DNA from: Leptospira sp.
GTDB lineage: Bacteria > Spirochaetota > Leptospiria > Leptospirales > Leptospiraceae
Direction: 5' to 3'
Length of the DNA stretch: 52,574 nt
Assembly: GCA_034439575.1 (NCBI GenBank)
Contig: JAWXAQ010000010.1
Span: forward strand, 1 to 52,574
Position 1 is the first letter of the stretch, and every line of letters starts with the position of its first letter. Made by a program: the position numbers and the translations under genes. The notes beneath the pieces are model-generated. The model saw only the letters and a list, made by a program, of their open reading frames with translations. It made no database searches and was not told the origin of the DNA. This document shows positions 1 through 9,287 of this stretch, one piece after another.

Positions 1-1
1 A

Positions 2-2116
2 AATTATGGTCATAAATTTAGCTTTTGTTCTGCTTTGTTACACCTAATCAACGGAGATGACGATTTAGCGATGACAGAATTGAAAAAATCAATAGAACTC
101 GCTAAAAAATATAATTACGTCTTGGAAGAAGCCATAGCCAACGAATGGATTGCGAAAATCTGGACCAATCGCAACGAAGAAGCATATTCACGATTACATA
201 TTATAGAGGCGAAGTATGCTTATGAAAAATGGGGATGTAAAAATAAAGCAGTTCAATTGGAGGAATCGTATAGCTTTTTAAAAAATAGAAATTTTGTTTT
301 GGATCAAAGTCTTGGTAGAACAGATGTTAAACAAACAATAATATCCAGTCATTCATCCGGTGTGAATCACTTTGATTTAATTAGCGTCATCAAAGCCTCC
401 CAAGCTATTTCTAGCGAGATACAGTTGGACAAACTTTTGGAAACGATGATGAAGATACTTTTCGAAAATGCGGGCGCTGAATCAGGGTTCTTTATTTTAA
501 ATCGTGCGGAAGGATGGAGAATCGAAGCAGCTGGAAATTTCAATCGGGATCAAATTGTAACCTTACAAGGTCTTCCTTTGGATGAATCTTCTAAATTTCC
601 CATAAATATTATTAATTATGTAATTCGAACCAAACGACTATTATTGTTAAATGATGCAAAACATTCTGGTATGTTTGTAAAAGATAATTATGTGGAAATA
701 AACAATTCCAAATCTATACTTTGTTATCCTATCATTAATCATGGGAATTTTATAGGTATTATTTATCTCGAAAATAATTTACTAACTTCTGCATTTACGG
801 AAGACAGAGTTGAAGTGTTAAAGGTTTTGTCTGCCCAAATAGGGATGAGTGTAGAAAATTCCTTATTATTTACAAATTTAGAAGAGAATGTTAAAGAAAG
901 AACGAAAAATCTAAATGATGCCCTGATCGCTGTTAGTTCACTAAAAGAACAACAAGATATGGACTATTTTTTAAATACCTTACTCGTTGAACCTCTTGGA
1001 GTCAATAACGCCACAAGTGAAAAAGTCCAAGTGGAATTTTTCCTCAAACAGAAAAAAACATTCACTTTTCGAGGTATAAATTATGAGTTAGGTGGAGATA
1101 TAAATATTTCCGATAATTTGAAATTGCTCGGCCGTTCCTATACAGTCTTTTTGAATGGGGATGCTATGGGCAAATCCGTACAAGGTGCAGGCGGAGTGCT
1201 CGTCATTGGAACTATCTTCAAATCCATCATTCAACGAACCAACTTTACAGATTATGGCGTTCGAGTGTATCCAGAAAGATGGATTAAAAATGCATATCTT
1301 GAAATGCAAAACGCCTTCGAAAGTTTTGACGGAACCATGCTTATGTCGGCCATTTTTGGTTTGTTAGATGAGGAAACAGGAACTCTGTATTTTATGAATG
1401 TAAGCCATCCTGATTTGGTTCTCTATCGTTCAGGCAAAGCAGAATACATTAGAAGTACCAATGAATTGCCAAAACTTGGTCATGATGACCCTACATTGAG
1501 TATTTCCATGAATGTATTTCCACTCTCAGCTGGAGATGTGGTCGTTCTTGGTTCTGATGGGCGAGATGATTTGATTATGGGCATCGATAATGATGGCTAT
1601 GATATCTTTAATGATGATGAGTCTTTGTTTCTTTTAAACGTGGAAAGAGCGAATTCCGATTTGCAACAAATATATGAACTTATTTTAGAAACAGGAAAAA
1701 TTATCGATGACCTTTCACTCTTAAAGTTATCTTGGCTTGGTCAATCTGATTCTGTGCCTAAAATAGATCATTCAAATATTCTAATGAAAATAGAAACATT
1801 GAAAGAGAAGGGAAATTTTAGTGAAGTATTTGATTTAGCAAAAAATATGATTGATTTGTACCCGCATGAAACTCCTTATCTTTACGAGATTTCAAATGCC
1901 TTGGCTGAATTAGGACAATTTGAAAAGGCTATCGATTTTGGTGAAAAGTTACGGCTAAGAAATCCAAATCATATTTCAAATATTCTTAATTTAGTTAATT
2001 GTTATACGAAAGTAGGAAAAATATTCCAAGCGAATGAAATACTTTCCTTTGCTCTTAAAAATTTTAAAGACGACGGCAGATTGCAAAAGGCTAAAGAAAA
2101 ATTTAATTTGATTTAA
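2..2116 (+). CDS. C-terminal part of a large signalling protein: GAF + SpoIIE/PP2C phosphatase + TPR (5' truncated; probably Ser/Thr kinase-AAA-GAF type)
   Basis: The frame is open from base 2 (NYGHKFSFCSALLH...). It has a GAF segment (KASQAISSEIQLDKLL...GIIYLENN...AFTEDRVEVL), PP2C motifs (GGDI, NGDAMGKS, GSDGRDD, DDLSLL) and a TPR-like C-terminus. Confidence 0.85.
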   Translation, partial: NYGHKFSFCSALLHLINGDDDLAMTELKKSIELAKKYNYVLEEAIANEWIAKIWTNRNEEAYSRLHIIEAKYAYEKWGCKNKAVQLEESYSFLKNRNFVLDQSLGRTDVKQTIISSHSSGVNHFDLISVIKASQAISSEIQLDKLLETMMKILFENAGAESGFFILNRAEGWRIEAAGNFNRDQIVTLQGLPLDESSKFPINIINYVIRTKRLLLLNDAKHSGMFVKDNYVEINNSKSILCYPIINHGNFIGIIYLENNLLTSAFTEDRVEVLKVLSAQIGMSVENSLLFTNLEENVKERTKNLNDALIAVSSLKEQQDMDYFLNTLLVEPLGVNNATSEKVQVEFFLKQKKTFTFRGINYELGGDINISDNLKLLGRSYTVFLNGDAMGKSVQGAGGVLVIGTIFKSIIQRTNFTDYGVRVYPERWIKNAYLEMQNAFESFDGTMLMSAIFGLLDEETGTLYFMNVSHPDLVLYRSGKAEYIRSTNELPKLGHDDPTLSISMNVFPLSAGDVVVLGSDGRDDLIMGIDNDGYDIFNDDESLFLLNVERANSDLQQIYELILETGKIIDDLSLLKLSWLGQSDSVPKIDHSNILMKIETLKEKGNFSEVFDLAKNMIDLYPHETPYLYEISNALAELGQFEKAIDFGEKLRLRNPNHISNILNLVNCYTKVGKIFQANEILSFALKNFKDDGRLQKAKEKFNLI

Positions 2117-2421
2117 GCAGAAAAAGTTTTTCAGATTGCCCTATGCGCGGACAAACGGTAATTGATCCATCTTGCCAAACCGAGAATAATCATTAGTTTA
2201 ATTTTATAATCTGAACCTTGAAATAAAGATAGGAATCGGAAAATCCTTCTCGGAAATAAATTTCTGACTCTGAAATGAGAATAATATTAGGAAAGAGAGG
2301 AGAATGAAAAAGTGAGATAAATAGTAAATTAATGATTAAATTGATTTATTTCCAAAAGCTCAGTTTCATTAAAAACCAATTTGTTTACTAAAAATTCTGT
2401 CTAAACAGGTAAGGATAATTT

Positions 2422-2841
2422 ATGTTGATTTTACAAAAAGTTTTACGCATCATACTCGGATTGTTTATGACAATGGCTGGTATTGGACACCTAACTTTCC
2501 AAAGGGGTGAATTCCAAGCTCAAGTTCCACGTTGGTTACCGCAAGACCCAAGTTTTATCGATTTTGTGGTTTTGTCATCGGGGATTATCGAAATAGCATT
2601 TGGACTAATGATGATATTTTTGGTGAAACAGCAAGTGAAGGTAGGTCTATCTTTGGCGTTGTTCTTTATTTTGATTTTTCCAGGAAACGTCTCACAGTAT
2701 ATGAATGGTATCAGTGCCTTTGGATTGGATACTGATCAAAAACGGTTTATAAGATTATTTTTTCAACCAGTATTAATCCTTTGGGCTCTTTGGTCAACGG
2801 GAGCACTTGCCTATTTGAGAAATAGAAAGAACGTAAATTAG
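2422..2841 (+). CDS. DoxX-like small membrane protein
   Basis: 139 aa, four hydrophobic helices, motifs AGIGHL, SGIIEI, IFPGNV, RLFFQP; AAGGA SD upstream. Confidence 0.75.
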   Translation: MLILQKVLRIILGLFMTMAGIGHLTFQRGEFQAQVPRWLPQDPSFIDFVVLSSGIIEIAFGLMMIFLVKQQVKVGLSLALFFILIFPGNVSQYMNGISAFGLDTDQKRFIRLFFQPVLILWALWSTGALAYLRNRKNVN

Positions 2842-2851
2842 GTGATCTGGA

Positions 2852-2897
2852 ATCTGAGGTAAGCTCACTGGATTTAAATTGGGAGCTTACATCAGAT
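2852..2897. terminator. Hairpin between convergent genes (probable bidirectional terminator)
   Basis: ATCTGAGGTAAGCTC-N16-GAGCTTACATCAGAT, a 15-bp stem with one mismatch, between stops at 2841 and 2910. Confidence 0.6.
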
Positions 2898-2909
2898 ATC
2901 CGTTAGTGG

Positions 2910-4247
2910 TTAGGTAGAAGGTTTTTTTTGCAAGGGATTTAGCATATTATTTTTGAATTCATAATATGTTTCTTCACCCTCTGAATCATATCCATAATCA
3001 AGTGTACGAATCGCCGTTATAAAATTATCACCAACTTCCCACCTAAGACTTGCAGTTGGATATTCACCAAATATTTTTTCTAATTTCCCTTTATTCCAAA
3101 CTACAATTCTAGCTTCGCTACACATACATGCGCAGTCTCCGCCAGAGATGATTTCATTTGTACCATCATTATTGATATCAACTAATTCTCCCCAACCTTC
3201 ACCTGCATAGTGATAGGTGCCTTTGTATTTGTAATATATGTGACCGTAATGCACTTGATAAAAGGTATAACCTGGTTCTTTTACTTTAAAATTTGAAGGT
3301 TCGATGGTTAATGTTTTAACATTCAATTCTCGATTAACATTTTCATTGATGACATCTAAGAAGGCTCTGTCAAATTGGTCTCCGTACTTTTCGGCTGTGT
3401 ATTTATAGATATCTTCTACAAAAGTAACTTGTTTTTCTGAAATCCAGCCACGGTAACTATCATAACAACCGTGCGAATCTTCAGCATATTCTACTTTAAA
3501 GTAAGTAATGCCATTTTCTGAATATTTAAACTCTGTTTTGTGGAGGTCCCCCATTTTTGGCATAGAACCTAAACTATTATTTCCACATGGAGCAGGATCT
3601 TTGTCAGTAACTTCGCGTCCGCCAGGACGAACTAGATAAATCGGTTCTTCTTTTATTTCTATATAGGCATGAATAGGAGTAGCATCCGCTACATCATCGG
3701 AATCTGGATCTAGATTTTTAGAAATATATCCCGCATAACTATAACCAAGGATCCCTGCTTCCGAGCGTATCTTCATCCAAGTATTGAACTTATCATCGAT
3801 TTTTTCATAAACAAGACCCTGACTTAAAATATCTACGATCGCTCCATTTGGCAAAGATCCCATGACTTTTCCATTTAAGTCTGGCGTTTCTCGAATTCTC
3901 AACGAGCTTGCTGTTATGCGACCTTTCTCTGTCTTGTATAAAAAAGCTACCAGATGTTTACTTGTTTCTTCGCTTAGAGGAATAAACCCAACCTTATCTC
4001 CATGAACTGCTTTGTACCAAAATCCTTTGACTTTGTCCGGGATATTTGTTTCTACGATTTCAAGTTTGTCACCAATATTTACTTTACTAATGACTTTCCC
4101 GCGATCGGGATTTTCGTATAATGTGATGTCATTCTTATAGATATAGAATTCACCAATCTTTGGTAATTCGGAGACATTAATTTTCTTTGAACAAGAGAGA
4201 AGAAATAATAAATAAAGTATCAATGTGCTAATTGAATATTTTTTCAT
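2910..4247 (-). CDS. SH3 (SH3_3/SH3b) domain lipoprotein
   Basis: Spirochetal lipobox (LLFLLSC). SH3b-like repeats (ASSLRIRETPDLNGKVMGSLPNG...WMKI...GYSYAGYI). C-terminal DINNDGTNEII motif. Confidence 0.75.
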   Translation of the reverse strand: MKKYSISTLILYLLFLLSCSKKINVSELPKIGEFYIYKNDITLYENPDRGKVISKVNIGDKLEIVETNIPDKVKGFWYKAVHGDKVGFIPLSEETSKHLVAFLYKTEKGRITASSLRIRETPDLNGKVMGSLPNGAIVDILSQGLVYEKIDDKFNTWMKIRSEAGILGYSYAGYISKNLDPDSDDVADATPIHAYIEIKEEPIYLVRPGGREVTDKDPAPCGNNSLGSMPKMGDLHKTEFKYSENGITYFKVEYAEDSHGCYDSYRGWISEKQVTFVEDIYKYTAEKYGDQFDRAFLDVINENVNRELNVKTLTIEPSNFKVKEPGYTFYQVHYGHIYYKYKGTYHYAGEGWGELVDINNDGTNEIISGGDCACMCSEARIVVWNKGKLEKIFGEYPTASLRWEVGDNFITAIRTLDYGYDSEGEETYYEFKNNMLNPLQKKPST

Positions 4248-4279
4248 AATAACAAATTAAGAAATTATTCATTTGAAAT

Positions 4280-4621
4280 TCAATCATTTTCAACAAAATT
4301 CTTTAATCTGATTAATGAATCTTCCCAATCAGAGGCAATGATCTCTAAATATTCTTGCAATGATTTTAGAGGTTTTGGATCCAATGCATATAAACTCATT
4401 CGGCCATTTCTGATCTTTGAAACAAGACCGACACTTTGAAGGACTTCTAAGTGTTTGGTGATTGCTTGCCTTGTGATTTCTGTTCCTTCGGTCAAAGTAG
4501 AAATAGAGTGTGCTCGTTTGTCTGTTAATTTTGTGACTAAAGACAAACGGGTGGGATCACCTAAGGCCGCAAATAATGTGGCCCTTTGTTTGATTTTTAA
4601 ACTTGAAGGTCTAACTCGCAT
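4280..4621 (-). CDS. ArsR/SmtB-family transcriptional regulator
   Basis: FAALGDPTRL...ITRQAITKHLEVLQSVGLV HTH signature; overlaps the upstream SRPBCC gene by 11 bp. Confidence 0.9.
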   Translation of the reverse strand: MRVRPSSLKIKQRATLFAALGDPTRLSLVTKLTDKRAHSISTLTEGTEITRQAITKHLEVLQSVGLVSKIRNGRMSLYALDPKPLKSLQEYLEIIASDWEDSLIRLKNFVEND

Positions 4622-5069
4622 TGTTTATGAATTGTGAAATGTTATTTAATTGAGCTTCCCAACCACCTGAATGCATACGGAATGCTTCTGCGCGACGACT
4701 AGCAGTTATCAGATTGAATCCTGATTCTATAACTTTCAAATTTGTAATATCTCCTTTTTGTTCTAGAAAAAATTCGACTAATGTTGGTTCTTCTTTGCTA
4801 TAATCAAAACTTTGATCTAGCGGGAAGGGAGTCCACGCATAAGAAAAATAGTTTTGTGGAGTTATTTTTTTAACATGAAACGCCATCGGCATCTCAAAAC
4901 CTTTCGCCGTGTTTCTACCTTTTGTAGTTTGACCCGTAACGAATTCTGATTCCAAAATTACTCCAAACCATTTTCCAAACTGTTTCGTATCAGTAAGTGA
5001 TTTCCAAACCTTTTCGATAGGAGCCTTAATTTCTATTTGTCTTTCGATCGAATTTTCTGAATTTTCCAT
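4611..5069 (-). CDS. SRPBCC/AHSA1 (START-like) domain protein
   Basis: IERQIEIKAPIEKVWKSLTD...GWEAQL pattern; classic ArsR-SRPBCC pair. ATG at 5069 preferred over TTG at 5075. Confidence 0.85.
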   Translation of the reverse strand: MENSENSIERQIEIKAPIEKVWKSLTDTKQFGKWFGVILESEFVTGQTTKGRNTAKGFEMPMAFHVKKITPQNYFSYAWTPFPLDQSFDYSKEEPTLVEFFLEQKGDITNLKVIESGFNLITASRRAEAFRMHSGGWEAQLNNISQFINNAS

Positions 5070-5130
5070 ATGCAACCTCTTTGTTGCATAATTTGGATCA
5101 TCAATTTAAATGCAACCATTTAATTGCATA
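5069..5130. promoter_or_regulatory. Two palindromic operators, probably for the adjacent ArsR
   Basis: TATGCAAC-N6-GTTGCATA (5069-5090) and AATGCAAC-N6-ATTGCATA (5109-5130), 40 bp apart in the divergent intergenic region. Confidence 0.7.
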
Positions 5131-5181
5131 TATTTTTATCATTGCATTTACGAATTTAAGTTAAATTTATGAAATTTACTT

Positions 5182-5820
5182 ATGGAAAAAAAATCTAAAA
5201 ATGATTATCTAGTCATTGGATCTTTACTCTTTCTTGGCACGGTTCCAGGCATAGCAGGTATATATAGATTATCTCAGTTATTCGCTGGCAAAAATATTAA
5301 CATAGATAACAAACGATTTTTTAATGATCCTATTCCTGCTATCGTTCATATCATTGCTGTAATTGTATTTAGTATTGTTGGTGCGTTCCAGTTTTCAGAA
5401 GGGATCAGGCACAAACAATTAATGTGGCACAGAATATCTGGTAGAATGCTCGTTCCAGTTGGTATTATTTCTGCACTTTCAGGTTTATGGTTAACAGTTA
5501 CCTATCCTAAGGTTCCAACAGATGGGGAATGGCTTTATAGCATTCGTTTGGTTGTCGGCCTTTGGATGATTTTATGTATGCTCCTTGGATTTATTTTCAT
5601 TCTCAAAAAGAAAATTACTTCACATAGCCATTGGATGATTCGCGGTTATGCGATAGGTATGGGAGCAGGGACTCAAGTGTTCACTCATTTGCCATATTTT
5701 ATTTTGGTAGGAGGAGATCCTTCTGGTTTAGGGAGGGATTTAATGATGGGTGCGGGTTGGTTCATAAACTTTATCATTGCTGAATGGATCATTTGTATGG
5801 ATAAGAAAAGAAAAATTTAA
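5182..5820 (+). CDS. DUF2306-like membrane protein
   Basis: Multi-TM protein with HII...GAFQF, WHRISGR and HSHWMIRGYA motifs. Confidence 0.75.
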   Translation: MEKKSKNDYLVIGSLLFLGTVPGIAGIYRLSQLFAGKNINIDNKRFFNDPIPAIVHIIAVIVFSIVGAFQFSEGIRHKQLMWHRISGRMLVPVGIISALSGLWLTVTYPKVPTDGEWLYSIRLVVGLWMILCMLLGFIFILKKKITSHSHWMIRGYAIGMGAGTQVFTHLPYFILVGGDPSGLGRDLMMGAGWFINFIIAEWIICMDKKRKI

Positions 5821-5848
5821 AAGTATGAAACTAGATGAGATATAGATT

Positions 5849-6490
5849 TTACAATTTATTTTTCAAATCTGTAAGATCCTCTTTTGTATTTATATTTTTA
5901 AAAAATATTTCCTCTGATAAAGGTAGATTTAAAAATTTAGGATGAGGATTTATTTTTTTAATTTTTTGGAACAAAGAATAATTTTGATTTTTTGAATTTG
6001 ATATTTCTTTATCCCATTCATTTAAAACTTCTGTAGAATAAATTCCTGCGAGGGGCTCTATTCCAAAACTTGACTGATAAAATAAACCAGAACATTTTTC
6101 ATGTATCAAATTTAATTCAACTAACAATCTTGCGATGGTCTTCAGTCTTATCAAGGGTAAATCTATGGGTAAAACAAAAAAATAATCAGGTAAATCTTTC
6201 TTATTTTTAAAATAATGAAATGCGGAGATGATTCCTTTGAGTGGCCCTTCCACATTAACGGCACTATCAAGAATTAAAGTATCACCTGGAATAAAGGAAG
6301 AATATTTTTTCCATTGTTCGGATCTTAACGAAATGAAAATGGGAATTTTGAAAATACGAATCCGTTTTAATAAAAGAGAAATGAAATTTGATTTTTTGTT
6401 TAAAAGAACGAAAGATTTATCTTCGCCCATTCGAAGACTTTTTCCACCCACTAACAATAAAAAATATACTTTAGTGTTTATGGGATTCAT
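5849..6490 (-). CDS. mobA: Molybdenum cofactor guanylyltransferase
   Basis: LVGGKSLRMGEDK, GPLKGI, DLP, EPLAGIYS and FKNINTKEDL motifs; last gene of the moaADE run. Confidence 0.85.
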   Translation of the reverse strand: MNPINTKVYFLLLVGGKSLRMGEDKSFVLLNKKSNFISLLLKRIRIFKIPIFISLRSEQWKKYSSFIPGDTLILDSAVNVEGPLKGIISAFHYFKNKKDLPDYFFVLPIDLPLIRLKTIARLLVELNLIHEKCSGLFYQSSFGIEPLAGIYSTEVLNEWDKEISNSKNQNYSLFQKIKKINPHPKFLNLPLSEEIFFKNINTKEDLTDLKNKL

Positions 6491-6908
6491 CTATGCATCC
6501 CTTTGACCATTCTGAACTGCCATCAATATAATATTCTTTTTTCCAAATTGGCACTTCATGTTTGACTCGATCAATAATATATCTATTTGCTGAGTACGCT
6601 TCATCCCTATGGACAGAACCCGTCGTAACGATAACGGCAATTTCTTGGAGATTAACTTTACCAAGTCTATGTTTACAATCAGAGAAAACTAAATCCCATT
6701 TTGTCTGTGCGTCTTTTAGAATATCACTGATCATTTGGTCTGCCATTTCTGCATAGGCATCGTATTCTAAATGTGTGACCGACTTCCCTTCGTTTATATT
6801 TCGGACAATACCAACAAAGATCACATAACCACCCATTTGGGGGAGGTCTGGTGACTCTGTGGGTAAAGTTAAAATATCTTCGGTAATAAATTTAAGTGAA
6901 TGGTTCAT
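6471..6908 (-). CDS. moaE: Molybdopterin synthase catalytic subunit
   Basis: FVGIVRN, LEYDAY, HRLG, HRDEA, VPIWKKEY. Confidence 0.95.
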   Translation of the reverse strand: MNHSLKFITEDILTLPTESPDLPQMGGYVIFVGIVRNINEGKSVTHLEYDAYAEMADQMISDILKDAQTKWDLVFSDCKHRLGKVNLQEIAVIVTTGSVHRDEAYSANRYIIDRVKHEVPIWKKEYYIDGSSEWSKGCIDESHKH

Positions 6909-6913
6909 GCCAA

Positions 6914-7156
6914 TTAACCTCCGCTTGATGGAGGTAAAATAGCTATAATCGCTCCGTCTTGAATTTTATCTGAATCATTTACTATGATTTGATTTAATGA
7001 GACCCGGCTAATGCGGATTATTTCTTTCGCATTTGGGTTATTGGATACCATAAAATTTTTGAATTCACTTACAGTAATAATATTTTCTAATTCAATTTCT
7101 TGTTGGCTAGGGAAAAAATCGCGAAGTCCAGCAAAACATAAAATTTTAACCTTCAT
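6914..7156 (-). CDS. moaD: Molybdopterin synthase sulfur carrier subunit
   Basis: 80-aa ubiquitin-like protein, FAGLRD start, C-terminal PPSSGG. Confidence 0.92.
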   Translation of the reverse strand: MKVKILCFAGLRDFFPSQQEIELENIITVSEFKNFMVSNNPNAKEIIRISRVSLNQIIVNDSDKIQDGAIIAILPPSSGG

Positions 7157-8098
7157 TTACCCACCTATATATTTCATAGAAAGTTCTGATCCGGTGAAAT
7201 AATTTTTTTTAGTTTTCATCGCATTATTTAATACTTGTTCTACATCATTTTTTTCATTAGGTAAATCAAAAGAGGTTTGATCACTGAGACAACCGTAAAT
7301 TTTTCCATAGGAATCCATTCTCAAACGATTGCAAGAATCACAAAATGGTTCTGTATGGTTGGCAATCATTCCAAAAATATATCCTTCGCTTGTTTTAAAA
7401 TAATTTGCTGTAGAATTTGAATCAGTGGGGATAGGACCAAATTGAAACTTTGTAGATATAATTGATCTGATATCACTAGCAGAAAAAAAATATTCATGAT
7501 GGGAATTTTGAAGTGGGCCCATTTTCATAAATTCAAGAAATCTGATCGGGATTTTTCTTTCACCTGACCATTGCAATATGGGTAAAATTTCGTGTTCATT
7601 ATAGCCATTTAATACTGTACAATTGATTTTGACTTCAAGACCCAATTGTTTGGCTTTTTCGATTCGCAATAATAGATCTGAAATGATAAATTTACGATCA
7701 CTCAACCTTTCAAAATTTGATTGTGAAAAACTATCCATAGAAAAATTGATTCGTTTCAGTCCGGCCTCTTTCATTTTGAATAATAAATTTTCCTCAAAGA
7801 ACCCATTAGAAGTTAAGGCAATGTCGTTGATTCCGAGTTTTATTAAAGTTTGAATTAGTTGAAAAAGATCTTTATGTAAAGTCGGCTCCCCGCCTGTTAG
7901 GTGAACTTCCTTAATTTGAATATGAGGGATTAATAATTTTACTTTTGTCTCTAAAACTTCAGGGGTAAGGAAATGATAATGATTAGTATCCACATCAGAT
8001 TTAAATTTGTTTTTGGGAGCACAATAGACGCAGGCAAAATTACAATGAGAAAGGATACTAATTCGTAAGACTTCGAATTTTCTTGTTATCTCATTCAT
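7157..8098 (-). CDS. moaA: GTP 3',8-cyclase (radical SAM)
   Basis: CNFACVYC motif, LTGGEP, C-terminal cluster FCDSCNRLR...GCL, terminal IGG. Confidence 0.93.
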   Translation of the reverse strand: MNEITRKFEVLRISILSHCNFACVYCAPKNKFKSDVDTNHYHFLTPEVLETKVKLLIPHIQIKEVHLTGGEPTLHKDLFQLIQTLIKLGINDIALTSNGFFEENLLFKMKEAGLKRINFSMDSFSQSNFERLSDRKFIISDLLLRIEKAKQLGLEVKINCTVLNGYNEHEILPILQWSGERKIPIRFLEFMKMGPLQNSHHEYFFSASDIRSIISTKFQFGPIPTDSNSTANYFKTSEGYIFGMIANHTEPFCDSCNRLRMDSYGKIYGCLSDQTSFDLPNEKNDVEQVLNNAMKTKKNYFTGSELSMKYIGG

Positions 8099-8209
8099 TG
8101 TATAGTCTAAATTATTAGAATGTAAGTTAATGAAAACAAAAATAGAGAAAATTCTATAGTTAACAATTTATTCTTGCTCGTTTATTCTAAGGCTGTTCAC
8201 TTTTCATAT

Positions 8210-9286
8210 ATGAGTTCCATCGAAGAGACTTTTTTCAGTAGACAGGTTTTAGTCCCTGAAATCGGCACTGAAGGTCAAAAGAAATGGAGCGATTCATCGG
8301 TTCTCGTCATAGGTCTTGGGGGACTCGGTTGCCCTTCCGTATTACAGTTGGCACTTTCTGGAATAGGTCGCATTGGGCTCGTAGATTTTGACAAAGTAGA
8401 ACTTACAAATTTACATCGCCAAACATTGTTTACTCATTCCGATATAGGTAATTTTAAAACCGAAGTTGTTTCAAGAGTTATATCGGAAAAATGTCCTTGG
8501 ATCAAATTAGAAAAATTTACAGAACTGATTTCAGATTCTACTGATTTGCAATTATTTGATTCATGGGATATTGTATTGGATTGTACGGATTCGATATCCT
8601 CAAAGTATTTGATCAATCAATACTGTATCCAAAAATCAATTCCTCTCGTTTCTGCTTCCGTGTTTAGAACCAGTGGACAATTCGGAATTTTTTCAAAGGA
8701 AGGGAAGCCATGTTATCGTTGTTTGTATCCAAATTTAGAAGAAGGTGATTTATTAAATTGTAATATTGGCGGTATCCTTGGTATACAAGCAACGCTCGCA
8801 GGAACTTACCAAGCATCTTTAGCTTTACAATACTTATTAAATCCTGGAACCACTAACACTGATTTAGTGTATTTTATGGAATGGAATCCACTTTTGTTAT
8901 TCCAATCAAAAATAATTCCAAATCCCAATTGTCCCGTTTGTTCTTCAGAAAAGAAGGACTATTCTGAAAAATCAACAAATAAAACTAATGAAATGAGTAT
9001 CGAAGATTTCGATCAGATAAGAAATCAAAAAAATATTTTATTCTTAGATGTTCGCGAATCAGAAGAAACATCTCATTCAAATATAGATGGGGCTATATCC
9101 TTTCCTTTGTCTGGTCTCGAAGAGGGAAAAATGCCAAAGGTCGCTGACCACCAAATGATTGTTTGCATTTGTGAATCAGGGGTTCGTTCAAAAATTGCAC
9201 TTAAATATTTCAATACCAAAGTGCAAAAATTTTCGATCATAGGTGGAAGACGAGCTTATGTAAATTTTTACCAGCAAAAATCCTAA
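8210..9286 (+). CDS. moeB: MoeB/ThiF adenylyltransferase with C-terminal rhodanese domain (MoeZ/MoeBR-like)
   Basis: FSRQ, GLGGLG, DFDKVELTNLHRQ, CYRC...CPVC zinc motifs, rhodanese LDVRE...CESGVRS. ATG at 8210 preferred over TTG at 8174. Confidence 0.88.
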   Translation: MSSIEETFFSRQVLVPEIGTEGQKKWSDSSVLVIGLGGLGCPSVLQLALSGIGRIGLVDFDKVELTNLHRQTLFTHSDIGNFKTEVVSRVISEKCPWIKLEKFTELISDSTDLQLFDSWDIVLDCTDSISSKYLINQYCIQKSIPLVSASVFRTSGQFGIFSKEGKPCYRCLYPNLEEGDLLNCNIGGILGIQATLAGTYQASLALQYLLNPGTTNTDLVYFMEWNPLLLFQSKIIPNPNCPVCSSEKKDYSEKSTNKTNEMSIEDFDQIRNQKNILFLDVRESEETSHSNIDGAISFPLSGLEEGKMPKVADHQMIVCICESGVRSKIALKYFNTKVQKFSIIGGRRAYVNFYQQKS

Positions 9287-9287
9287 A

